A DNA stretch of 64,000 bases from a virus. Of this stretch, positions 10,301-19,300 are shown piece by piece. The stretch covers positions 1-64,000 of the IMG/VR virus record IMGVR_UViG_3300046804_000544; one strand, 5' to 3'. Position 1 is the stretch's first letter. The number at the start of each line of letters is the position of its first letter. A program made the position numbers and the translations under genes. The notes beneath the pieces are model-generated. The model worked only from the letters and a program-made list of their open reading frames with translations. It had not been told where the DNA came from and did no database searches.

Positions 10301-10675
10301 TTCGTCAGCTACTGGGGTTAATTGATCTAAATTAATATCAGCACGTACTACAAATGCACGATTGCTTACACCTAATAAGCTATAGGCTGCTTGTAAACCG
10401 TATTCGTTTTGTTCTCCAGCATGTACTGGATTGCCGCTAGCATCAGTTTTGAAAATTGGATCTCCAAAATTGTCTGCTAGATCTCTTTGACTTGTTAGAA
10501 GATAAACTTCTCCAGCGTTGGCCTTAAGTGTTCCCGGGGCGGTTCCGGTGCCTCCGCCGTTTGCTTTGTTTTCCGCTGACGCTACAATAATTAAAGGTAC
10601 TGTACCTGGCTCAGCTGGTGTGTAAAATGATTCGTCAATTACCTTGACTTCTACGCCTGGTGAACTTAATGCCAT
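7313..10675 (-). CDS. gp18: Tail sheath protein (T4 gp18-like), 1120 aa with large insertions
   Basis: N-terminal MALSSPGVEVKVIDES; C-terminal YPWFAPAGVRRG, VNPI, RINVARL, FEPND, IEPVKAVEFIYI. Start moved from the track's 10771 to 10675 (GGAG SD, and a promoter lies between the two). Confidence 0.95.
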   Translation of the reverse strand: MALSSPGVEVKVIDESFYTPAEPGTVPLIIVASAENKANGGGTGTAPGTLKANAGEVYLLTSQRDLADNFGDPIFKTDASGNPVHAGEQNEYGLQAAYSLLGVSNRAFVVRADINLDQLTPVADEPTSNPANGTHWFNSGTSAYGLFQWNSAPITSTGGQTFSNKVPLVVTDSTKVNTLNGAPKASVGAIGDYAWVVVDTDVNTPSLTTSHPNKLWYKSKGTAPGQSPGQWVEVGTNDYAYAFPTVAGTAAPGSLIGADTITINGTAITGNTSVTALVTAINGANITGVKAARVNGKLELYANASAQYAGLVITGTGSILASLGITGGSSLQYHCPQLYISKHTDVPVWGSTSTNVYSTGSLWLKTTEPNLGSRYRFNRWNSSTVSWDSLNGYLYTTGHQAIYNLDKAGGGKNVPVGTLYVQTNYSETNTTWTDVTSTTIVRPALAKWKAWRRGAAGETTVTGTKISAGSVAAGAKTITIQESIANQAALNSAVSVNWTAAGTSSDADALAAAINAAGFTNVVASVDNDKVTITHTAGGEIRIGDASGVLASYGFIPYDYEPSSANFATGTRYFFDAPQANNYIVSNWEPLVYVASSIAPSRIPEDGQLWYSSVIDEVDILVHDGDTWVGYKNQLPTTDPMGPQVSATAPETQSDGTDLVTGDLWISTADLENFPTIYKYNASLANVPVASRWVEVDKTDQTTQDGVLFADARYNTAGANSDVAGDIVDLLESDYLDPDAPDPALYPRGMLLWNLRRSGYNVKQFKRGYINPADDNERNNNEAMEDYYVNRWITVSSNQDDGSGSFGHKAQRKVIVKALQAVVNSNDAIRDEERRVFNLIACPGYPELIGEMISLNYDRGLTAFVVGDTPARLTPDATSLLAWASNENGANEDNDIGAVSFDEYMGMFYPWGFTSDNFGNNVVVPPSHMILRTIALSDAVSYPWFAPAGVRRGGITNATAVGYISSEGEFKSVALNVGQRDTLYEQKVNPITFLTGTGLVNYGQKTRARAASALDRINVARLVCYLRRQLNALAKPYIFEPNDKITRDEVKAAVEALMLELVGQRAIYDYLVVCDESNNTPNRIDRNELWIDIAIEPVKAVEFIYIPLRLKNTGEIKALG

Positions 10676-10707
10676 CTTGGAGTCTCCTAAGGTTTCTGTT
10701 CTAATAA

Positions 10708-10714
10708 TATTTAG
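10708..10714 (-). promoter_or_regulatory. Late promoter motif (CTAAATA) for sheath-tube operon
   Basis: 32 nt upstream of the sheath ATG. Confidence 0.55.
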
Positions 10715-10772
10715 TGCAAAAACATAAAATTGGCTAGTTACAGCCTGCCAAAAAGGGGACAAAAAGGGCAAT

Positions 10773-10780
10773 TATAAATA
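10773..10780 (+). promoter_or_regulatory. Late promoter, perfect TATAAATA
   Basis: Exact T4 late consensus, 5 nt before the HNH ATG at 10786. Confidence 0.7.
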
Positions 10781-10785
10781 GCTAT

Positions 10786-11127
10786 ATGACTAGACCTTTA
10801 TGTATTTGTGGCCAAAGACCAGCGGCTCTTAACTATTATAAGAATGGTAGGGCTTATTATAGAAAAAAATGTGAAGTTTGTTTACGCTACGGGGGCGTAG
10901 GTAAAGGATTACCTAAATGGTATCAGGATGGATACCGTATGAAAAGTCAATGTGATAAGTGTGGATACAAAAGCAAGTTTAAGGAACAATTTAATGTGTT
11001 TCACATTGACGGAAATTTAAACAACAGTAGACACACTAATCTCAAGACGGTATGTGCTAATTGTCAACGCATATTGCACAAAGAAGGTGTTACGTGGAGA
11101 CAGGGTGATCTTCGACCAGATTTTTAA
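10786..11127 (+). CDS. HNH endonuclease-like zinc-finger protein
   Basis: CxC/CxxC pairs plus VFHIDGNLNN...NLKTVCANCQRILH. Confidence 0.8.
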   Translation: MTRPLCICGQRPAALNYYKNGRAYYRKKCEVCLRYGGVGKGLPKWYQDGYRMKSQCDKCGYKSKFKEQFNVFHIDGNLNNSRHTNLKTVCANCQRILHKEGVTWRQGDLRPDF

Positions 11128-11737
11128 TCTGGCTAAACAGATCGTCAATAGTGCCGTCATTTGACACAATGTGATCAATTGCGCCGCCTACCCATGCAGT
11201 TTCGCTGGCGTGTATCTTACGCTGTTCCATACGCATTTTACTAATAGCCCAGCTCATATTTTGAGGACCAGCATTCATGTTAAGAGCATCTTGATACCAT
11301 TCAGGATCATCACCACGCTTAATACGAACAACACGACCTCCTGCATTGTGAATTGCTTTAATTTCGTTTGGAAAACGTACATCTGAGATAACAATGTTAT
11401 CTGTAGTTTTACGCATTTTGTTTTCAAGGCTTGCAATCCAAATATCATCGTGAAATCCGCTACGGCAAACTTCAGTACCCCAGTACTGTAGGATCCAACG
11501 AGGCGTTAGATTAGGTTTGCCAAGACGTTCCGCCCACCATGAGTCAACTTGTTCACGCCATTCACGAGCTTCTTTTGTACGTCCTTCCAAGAGGACGCGG
11601 TCCCAACCAAATACGGCTGCAACCGCGTCTTTAAGTGTGTTAGCAAATGAATCTCTGCGAAATCCGTGAAAGTTAACTAGGTAATCTGCGGCAGTATCTT
11701 TGCCCGAGCCAATAAATCCAACAAACCCAATGATCAT
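11090..11737 (-). CDS. gp1: Deoxynucleoside monophosphate kinase (T4 gp1-like)
   Basis: P-loop GFIGSGKDT, RWILQYWGTE, VISDVRFPNE, HASE motifs. Confidence 0.92.
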   Translation of the reverse strand: MIIGFVGFIGSGKDTAADYLVNFHGFRRDSFANTLKDAVAAVFGWDRVLLEGRTKEAREWREQVDSWWAERLGKPNLTPRWILQYWGTEVCRSGFHDDIWIASLENKMRKTTDNIVISDVRFPNEIKAIHNAGGRVVRIKRGDDPEWYQDALNMNAGPQNMSWAISKMRMEQRKIHASETAWVGGAIDHIVSNDGTIDDLFSQIKNLVEDHPVST

Positions 11738-11758
11738 AGTATCCCCTCGTGATACTAT

Positions 11759-11787
11759 ATATTACTATATTTTTATCTTGCTGTCAA
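11759..11787 (-). promoter_or_regulatory. Sigma70-type promoter for dNMP kinase
   Basis: TTGACA (11787-11782), 17 nt, TAATAT (11764-11759); GAGGGG SD downstream. Confidence 0.7.
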
Positions 11788-11793
11788 GAGTGA

Positions 11794-12198
11794 TTATACG
11801 CCATATTTGTTGCGTTTTGGTTTAGCAACAGGGCTAGTTTTGTTAACATCAGCAACTTCTTTTGAACGGTCGCCAGTCCAGTTTTCTATAGTTCCGCCAC
11901 CTACTTGGCGTGCGGCAGCTTTTACCATTTCAAATTCTTCTTTTGTATAGGGATTTAATAACGGGTCGCCGCCTAACCAGCTATCGCCGGGCATTTGTGT
12001 TGGAAAAGTTGGTGCACCTGCTAAGGCTAAACCCATCCTATATCCTAGGTAAGCAGATCCTGAACTCATATTTTGATCTGGCATGGTAATTGTTCTACGC
12101 ATACTAGCTTTTTGTTCTTTAGAAGGTTTTTGCATAGGGCCAGCAGTTTTGTTACCTTGGCCGTTCGTGTTTTCTGTTATGACTTCGTATATCTTCAT
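11794..12198 (-). CDS. Hypothetical protein (MKIYEVITE N-terminus, possible head-internal protein)
   Basis: 134-aa ORF tightly coupled to the gp13-like gene. Confidence 0.7.
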   Translation of the reverse strand: MKIYEVITENTNGQGNKTAGPMQKPSKEQKASMRRTITMPDQNMSSGSAYLGYRMGLALAGAPTFPTQMPGDSWLGGDPLLNPYTKEEFEMVKAAARQVGGGTIENWTGDRSKEVADVNKTSPVAKPKRNKYGV

Positions 12199-12200
12199 AA

Positions 12201-12962
12201 TTAACCTATAATAAACGTATAGCCAGTGCCGCCTGGAACATAAGTTTCTAATTCTTTATCTAATTTATCTAATTCTTCTTTACCGGCTGCTTTTAGATCT
12301 GTACCATTAAGTGCTCCGCCACCTTGTGGACCGGCAATGCTGGCAAATTTACTACGTGCTTCGCCTAGCATAATTTTACAAGTAGCTAGAGTATAATCTT
12401 TAACCCACTGAGCAGCATATAAATCGTTCATCAAGGCAAAATCTGGACGATAATTTTGACAGCGCAACATTATAACTTCACCTTCTGCAAAAGGACGTTG
12501 TAATATTCTTAATGTGCGACTGTAGGGAATCCATTGAAATTCAATATAGCTACCAAAAATTTTACCAACCATTTCTTGATAGCTGGCAAATAAGAAGTAA
12601 GTAGCAATGCCACCTAGCATCGTTGAATTTAACAAATATGTGTTAGTATAAGCTAGGTTAAAAGGTTCAAAGTTTGTGCCAGTTCCTCCGCCTGTTCTAG
12701 ATCCTAATGTACGTCTAAAAACACTTTGTACATTGATAATTTCTTGACTTAAAATGTAATCATTTTGATCTTTCTTAAGTTCTAAAAATGCATAACTTTC
12801 TTCTACTGCATTACTGCTACGCTGTCTAAAACGTGCTAGTGTACGATTTAGTGCTGTTTCGTAATGTACAGGATCTAATTCAACATCAATCATCCCGTCA
12901 CCTAGCATAGTGCGGCAATAATCGTAAATTTCTTGGCGTGCTTGTTGCGTGTTTTCTGACAT
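12201..12962 (-). CDS. gp13: Neck/head-tail adaptor protein (T4 gp13-like)
   Basis: LGDGMIDVEL, WVKDYTLATCKIMLGEARSKF, GPQGGGALNG motifs of gp13 homologues. Confidence 0.85.
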   Translation of the reverse strand: MSENTQQARQEIYDYCRTMLGDGMIDVELDPVHYETALNRTLARFRQRSSNAVEESYAFLELKKDQNDYILSQEIINVQSVFRRTLGSRTGGGTGTNFEPFNLAYTNTYLLNSTMLGGIATYFLFASYQEMVGKIFGSYIEFQWIPYSRTLRILQRPFAEGEVIMLRCQNYRPDFALMNDLYAAQWVKDYTLATCKIMLGEARSKFASIAGPQGGGALNGTDLKAAGKEELDKLDKELETYVPGGTGYTFIIG

Positions 12963-12977
12963 TACTATCTCCCATAG

Positions 12978-12993
12978 TATTTATCGCTAAATA
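12978..12993. promoter_or_regulatory. Back-to-back divergent late promoters
   Basis: GATAAATA on minus (12985-12978) and CTAAATA on plus (12987-12993), separated by 1 nt, serving the gp13 and gp14 units. Confidence 0.6.
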
Positions 12994-13000
12994 TTGTACT

Positions 13001-14305
13001 ATGCCACGTTTATCACTTTACCGTCCAGAAAAAGGTAATGACTACAAATTCCTAGATCGAAGCATTAGCGAAATGTTTCAAGTTGGGGGTACAGATGTTT
13101 ATTATCACAAATATTTAGGTCCAAAAGATCCTCTTCCTGGAGAGGCTACTGCGACCACTCCACAATATAATACTACCAGTGTAACAAATATACAGGATTT
13201 GCTATTTTTAGAAAATCGTGATAGAAAGTATGATACTAGCATTTACATAATCCGTGGTGTTTATAACGTAGCAGACTTAGATTTTAATTTGAGCCAATTT
13301 GGATTGTTTATTGATAATGATACTATGTTTATGACTGTACATATTAACGACACAGTAACTAGTATAGGACGTAAACCGGTAGCAGGCGACGTTATTGAAT
13401 TGCCGCATATTAAAGATGAATTTGCGTTAAATGTTGGGGATAAGTCGCTGCCCGCATTTTTCTCAATTGAAGAAGTGGGTCGTGCAGCAGAAGGATTTAG
13501 TCGCACATGGTATCCGCATTTATATAGATTAAAACTTAAAAAATTAGTAGGTGCTCAACAGTATGCAGACATTCTTAATAGACCCACTGATCAAGATGCT
13601 AATTTTGTAGGCGATTGGGACATTAACACTGTATACTTACCTGGGCAAATTGTACGCTATCAAGGTACTTTATATACTGTAACTGCACAAACAACAGCAG
13701 GTACACTGCCAACTAATACTAGTTTCTTTGCACCGTATGGTGGTACTAATTTACAAAATATATTAACAACACAGGCACGTAATTTAGAAATTAATGATGC
13801 TATCATTGCACAAGCAGAAGCCGATGCACCATTAAGCGGATACGAAACACAACAATTTTATACACTATCCGTAGATGAACAAGGAAAAGCGTCGTTAATT
13901 ACAGCAGACGATACAGTACTTCCGCCAGATGCTAGTGCTACAAACTTAGATGCCAGTAGAGAAGCTAATACTCCTATTCGTCCTGGATACAGTGGTTACT
14001 TATTAGGTGATGGTATTGCCCCTAATGGTGCAAGTTTTGGACACGGGTTATCATTTCCTTCTGGCGCTTACGAAGGAGATTTTTATTTGAGAACTGATTA
14101 TATGCCTAACAGATTGTTTAGATATGATGGCCGTCATTGGGTTCGTCATGAAGATGCTGTACGTCATACTCTTACTAACACTGACACTAGACATACTCTT
14201 AAAACTGGATTTATTAACAATACTAATACCAGTACAATTAATAATGAAACAGTTGAAGAACGTCAACCTCTTAGCAAAGCACTTAAACCTAGGGCAGATT
14301 TCTAA
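13001..14305 (+). CDS. gp14: Neck protein (T4 gp14-like), 434 aa, with CBM5/12-like insert
   Basis: MPRLSLYRPEK...GGTDVYYHKYLG, FLENRDRKYD, LSQFGLFI, GDVIELPH. Start moved from 12938 to 13001, since 12938 overlaps gp13 and lies upstream of the promoter. Confidence 0.75.
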   Translation: MPRLSLYRPEKGNDYKFLDRSISEMFQVGGTDVYYHKYLGPKDPLPGEATATTPQYNTTSVTNIQDLLFLENRDRKYDTSIYIIRGVYNVADLDFNLSQFGLFIDNDTMFMTVHINDTVTSIGRKPVAGDVIELPHIKDEFALNVGDKSLPAFFSIEEVGRAAEGFSRTWYPHLYRLKLKKLVGAQQYADILNRPTDQDANFVGDWDINTVYLPGQIVRYQGTLYTVTAQTTAGTLPTNTSFFAPYGGTNLQNILTTQARNLEINDAIIAQAEADAPLSGYETQQFYTLSVDEQGKASLITADDTVLPPDASATNLDASREANTPIRPGYSGYLLGDGIAPNGASFGHGLSFPSGAYEGDFYLRTDYMPNRLFRYDGRHWVRHEDAVRHTLTNTDTRHTLKTGFINNTNTSTINNETVEERQPLSKALKPRADF

Positions 14306-15942
14306 TGCAATATTTTTATGATGGACAAATAAGACGTTACCTTACACAGGTCGTTAGGTTATTAAGTAACTTTGTAGTGCGATACGGTGACGGTACTCTA
14401 GTTAGAGTACCAGTTATGTACGGTGATGCAGATAGGCAAGCTGCTACAATAATAAATCAAAACTCAGCAAATACGATTCAAAGTACTCCCCGTATTGCTG
14501 TTTATGTTACAGATTTAGATTTAGATCGTACTAGATTAGGTGATTCAACTCACGTTAGTAAAGTACACATTCGTGAACGTGATATTGAAGATGGTTACTA
14601 TACTGGTGCTCAAGGTGCAAACTATACTGTAGAAAGGTTAATGCCAACACCTTTTAATTTGTCTATGAAGGCAGATATTTGGTCGTCAAGCACTGAACAA
14701 AAATTACAAATATTAGAACAAATACTAGTGTTGTTTAATCCTAGTTTAGAAATACAAACAACTGATAATTTTGTAGATTGGACCAGTCTCAGTGTTGTAG
14801 AGCTAGAAGATATAGCATTTAGTTCTAGATCAGTGCCTGTGGGAACAAATACAGCAATTGATATTGCCACACTTACTCTTAAAACTCCAATTTATCTTAC
14901 ACCTCCTGCTAAGGTTAAAAAGTTAGGTATAATTACCAGCATTATTGCTAACTTATATGGAAACATAGGTAACGGTCCAGGTGATTATATTGAAGGATTA
15001 GGCACTTTTGAGTTTGCTAATGACAAAACCATTGATGAGTTGTTAGCTACTTTCACTGTTACTAATGGTGATTTTGATATTTTTGTTGAAGGCAATAATA
15101 TTACAATATCAAATAATGCAATAGGAGCAGCAGTTGAATTAAATTGGCCTAATGTATTTGCACAAATTCCAGGCAAATTAATTGCAGGTCTAAGTAAAAT
15201 TTTCTTAACACAAGCAAATGGTACAGAAGTTGTTGGTACTATCAGTGTAAATCCAATTGACGGACATATTTTAAATGCTGAATGGGATCCTGATACATTT
15301 CCAAGTAATAACTATATTGATGAAGACGGTAATATTCAACTCATAGATCCTGCATACGATAACAATACTGGTAAAAATTATTTCAACGCAGTAATTGATC
15401 CAACACAATTTAATCCCAAGCGTCCAAACAAAGAAAATGTAGATCAACCTATTACTACAGGTATTCGATACTTAATCATAGACAGTATTGGTGGAGGCAT
15501 GAAAGAGACATTTACCAGCACCAGTAAGATTTGGCGCATAAACACTGGTGCAGAATTTGATCGTGTACAAGATTGTACAGTAATAGTTGACGGTGTTACG
15601 GTTTCTTTAGACACTCCTTATAATAAAGATGGCGTATATGTTATAGTGTTATCAAATCCTATTCCGTCTGGCAGTACCGTAACTTATATCCTTAACTATA
15701 ATACTGACGGTCCAGATTGCTGGAAAAATAGTGACAACAGTGATGTCGTTGCCAATGCTAATGATATTATCATGTGGGATGGGTCTAATTGGCGCATAAT
15801 CTTTGACGGTCAAAAACGTTCAGATATTATAATTCATCAAACTAATTTATATACAACTACTCAGTATAAATGGAACGGCGTGTCCTGGGTTAAGAGTTTT
15901 GAGGGCGAATACAGGAGAGGTCAGTGGAGACTAGCCCTTTAA
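14305..15942 (+). CDS. gp15: Tail terminator / sheath stabiliser (T4 gp15-like) with long C-terminal extension
   Basis: MQYFYDGQIRRY, VPVMYG, PRIAVY, MPTPFNL, QILEQILVLFNP motifs. Confidence 0.82.
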   Translation: MQYFYDGQIRRYLTQVVRLLSNFVVRYGDGTLVRVPVMYGDADRQAATIINQNSANTIQSTPRIAVYVTDLDLDRTRLGDSTHVSKVHIRERDIEDGYYTGAQGANYTVERLMPTPFNLSMKADIWSSSTEQKLQILEQILVLFNPSLEIQTTDNFVDWTSLSVVELEDIAFSSRSVPVGTNTAIDIATLTLKTPIYLTPPAKVKKLGIITSIIANLYGNIGNGPGDYIEGLGTFEFANDKTIDELLATFTVTNGDFDIFVEGNNITISNNAIGAAVELNWPNVFAQIPGKLIAGLSKIFLTQANGTEVVGTISVNPIDGHILNAEWDPDTFPSNNYIDEDGNIQLIDPAYDNNTGKNYFNAVIDPTQFNPKRPNKENVDQPITTGIRYLIIDSIGGGMKETFTSTSKIWRINTGAEFDRVQDCTVIVDGVTVSLDTPYNKDGVYVIVLSNPIPSGSTVTYILNYNTDGPDCWKNSDNSDVVANANDIIMWDGSNWRIIFDGQKRSDIIIHQTNLYTTTQYKWNGVSWVKSFEGEYRRGQWRLAL

Positions 15943-16370
15943 AAGAAATTGATTGTAGCGGAGCACTCATATGCTCTCGTAAAACTAAAAGATTTTTGTT
16001 ATTACAAAAAACACAAGGCAAACATGCAGGTCGATGGGGTCTAGCTGGCGGCACTAACAATGCTGGCGAAAGTGCGTGGCAGGGATTGCTACGTGAAATT
16101 CAAGAAGAGTTAGGCTTATTACCTGAAATTAAAAAGACCATACCCTTAGAACGTTTTGTCAGCAACGACAGCTTATTTCACTTTCAAACTTATTTTTGCC
16201 TAGTTGAAAATGAATTTATACCGGTGCTAAGTGACGAACACACTGCATGGGGATGGTTTGACATCAATAACCTACCTAAACCTGTACATAAGGGATTGGA
16301 CCTTAGTCTGCGTAACCGCGTCATACAAACTAAGATCCAAACAGTTATTGATATAATTGACAGTCTTTAG
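15924..16370 (+). CDS. Nudix hydrolase
   Basis: Complete Nudix box G-TNNAG-E-SAWQGLL-REIQEELGL; GTG start with AGGAG SD inside the end of gp15. Confidence 0.9.
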   Translation: METSPLKEIDCSGALICSRKTKRFLLLQKTQGKHAGRWGLAGGTNNAGESAWQGLLREIQEELGLLPEIKKTIPLERFVSNDSLFHFQTYFCLVENEFIPVLSDEHTAWGWFDINNLPKPVHKGLDLSLRNRVIQTKIQTVIDIIDSL

Positions 16371-19300
16371 GCTTGAGCTTCGCCCCAACGTAGAATTAGG
16401 TTACAAAGAATTGGGGTACCTTGTGTTAGATACACATTAAAGAATAGCACGTCTGGACCGTTTGGAAAAGTACCCCTGCCACCAATTGGCGTATTGGTTA
16501 ATTCTTTCAAGTCTTCTAGGTTAAGTGCATCAGTTCCGTTAGGGCTGTTAATGAAAGAGAAAATTGTCTCTCCTGGTGTAGCATAGGTATTACGTGTAAT
16601 ACGAATGTTGTTAGTAGCACTCAACGCAGTAATTAGACCGCTGCTGACTGTAATGCTAGTGTTAGCAATAAAACTTATAATTTTTGTATTACCAGCAAAA
16701 GCGTTAGTAACTGATGTAGAGAATACGTCATCACCTACTCTAATACCGCTAGTTGAAGCTACTGGAATAGTTGTGGCGCCAACAATGGCGCCTGTTGTAG
16801 TTGTGTTTAGTGTAAACGATTGATCAAATGTAGTTGTTGAACCTAAAGCAATTTGACTAAAACTAGGCTGTCCAGAAACTGAACTAGGTTGCAAGCTAAA
16901 CCATGTAATGTTGGCCAAGTTAGTTGGATAGTTACTTGGGTTTAGAATAGCTTCAATAACGATAGCTGAGTTAACGTTTGTTGATCCGCCTGCAGAAACA
17001 GCAAGAGCTTTTAGTAGCAACTGCGCTCTGTTGATTAAGTCTCTAGTTCCTAAGTCGCCAATGATAGCGTTAGATACACTAGGTGCTAATCGAATAGCAA
17101 AGGCTGTAGTCTTTTGTGTGCTGATACTAATGTTTGTAGCTTGATAGTTAAACAAATATCCGCGGTCTTCGTCAAAACCGCCGTCTGATAAGAAAGCTGA
17201 ACCCCAGTGACTAATGCTTGGTGTTGCAGTTTGGCCAATCAAAATACAGCTAGTTCCAACTGGGTGCGCGGCGGCGGCGGCGGCTGAAAATGTTCTTGTT
17301 GATCCTGCGGCAAATGTTGTAAAATTAGCTGCTCTAGTACAACCTGTAAAGCTAGTTGCAGTTTTGCCGGTATAGGTAATAATTTCATTGTCTACATATA
17401 ATGTTCCTGCCGGAGGATAAAATGTAGTATCAACAACACTAAGAGTAGTGCCAGCTATTAGAGGATCTGCGGTTAATGTAGTTGTATTTGAAGTTTCATT
17501 TAATACTTCATAGCGTACTGGCATGTTACCAGAACGCATATAAGCTTCTCTGTTTAAGTTGTTGCCGCGTAGTCTATGTACAAATATATACTTGCCTTCT
17601 GGACCACGTAACATCCAGTCAACGAAACCAGCACCATACCATGTCCATTGCAGGCCAATCATCTGCATCATTGTAGGATTGATCAAATAGCCGCTTTGAT
17701 TAAATGGTCCGTTAGTCCCATCAAGTCTATCACCGTTCCACTGACTTTGTGGAATAATATAGTCAACGGTCTTGACCATTTTAACACCAGTTACTGTAGT
17801 AGCACCACGATAATCTGGAGTTACAAATAATTGTGTATCACTAACAACCTGACTAATAATATGTGTCATTCCTCGAATAACAACTCTATCACTTGCTTTG
17901 AGTTGTGTAGTAAATCTAGTATTAGATCCTGTAATTGAATTACTGTCTGGAATAGCTGTAACAGTTCCCGCCAACTGGAATGTCGACGATCTACGCCCAA
18001 TGGCCAGTGTTTGACCATCGTACTGCCAAAACATACCGTTTTGATCGTCAAATGTTCCAGCACGTACTGTAGCTCCGTACCAATTTCTAACTGTTATATA
18101 ACAAGGAGCCCCTAACCCGGCTACAGTGCTGCCTAAAGTAGTTGCTGCTTGTACAGTCAAACTACGTTCGTCTGTAATACCGGTAACAGTGTAAGTACCG
18201 TCATAGCCGCTGGTAGTGCAACCAATTAATTGAATTACTGCACCAACTTGACAGCCGTGGTCAATATCGTCTGTAGTAATTGTAATTGTACTACCAGGAA
18301 AGGTACCAGTTGATGTTACAGCACGTACATCATAATTTGGTGCAAATAGTGCACCGGTGTTATAATTAACAGCTTTACCTGACTGATAACGAATGTATTT
18401 TTTACTTTGTCGAACTGCCATTGCACCGTGTGATGGTCCACTAGTGCCTAAAACAACACCACCGTCAAATGGTCTATGAACATAGAAACAGTCTGGTCTT
18501 GAATATACTAGTCCAGTAATAGTTCCAGTAATAGTACCGTTTGCTCTAGCGGTAAAGGTTAATGAAGTAAGCGTAGGAACTGTTTCAACAAAGAATGGCC
18601 CTTGAGCCAGTGTATGATTGTTAACACCGTTGTCAGTACTTACTGTTGTAGTAATAGTATCCCCTGGCACGAACCCGTGAGGTCCAACAAATGTAACTGT
18701 AACGGTAGTTGGGCTAGTACCGTTATTATAACTGAACACCGGACTGCCTACACTCGAACCGGTATAATATGCAGCTTTACGTAGTTGAGTATAGGTTGTT
18801 GAAATAATGTCTCCGTTACTGATACCAACTTTGGCCTGTGCATAGTAGGTAAATGTAGTAGGTGCTCCAGTAATATCAGTAGGAGATACTGGAACTGTGT
18901 TGATAACAAATGTTCCTTCTGCACGAGCAAAACCAGTAATTGTGTTCAAATAACCAGAAATAGTAATTGGCTGGCCTGCGGTTAAGCCGTGGCCGCTTTG
19001 CGTAGTCACTGTGATTAAACTGTGTCCAGTTCCGCCTGGGTTAAGTGTTGAGGCATCTGTAGTCACTGTACTAACTAAAATATCTGTTCCAGGCACTTCA
19101 TAAACGCTAGGATAGCCGCGCATCATACTAACAGTCTGCCACTTAGTAGGTTGTAGTCCATATTCAAAGTCAGCGTCAAGCATGGATTTAGGAGCAGCAA
19201 CTCGTTGTCGTTCAAATGCATCTGTGCCCAGTTCATAAGGGCGCATTACTAGTTCGCGTTCTTCAACAAAGATTTGAATTTGATCAGTTGACAAGTTACT

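Noticed and set aside
10744-10770. AAAAAGGG direct repeat between the divergent sheath and HNH promoters
   Set aside because: Only two short copies in low-complexity sequence, not found at other promoters I checked.
10676-10771. Longer ORF-track starts (10771, 12938, 22991, 41771, 60835) and the internal start at 63951
   Set aside because: SD and promoter positions and conserved N-termini favour 10675, 13001, 23006, 41765 and 60802; the last gene continues beyond the window.
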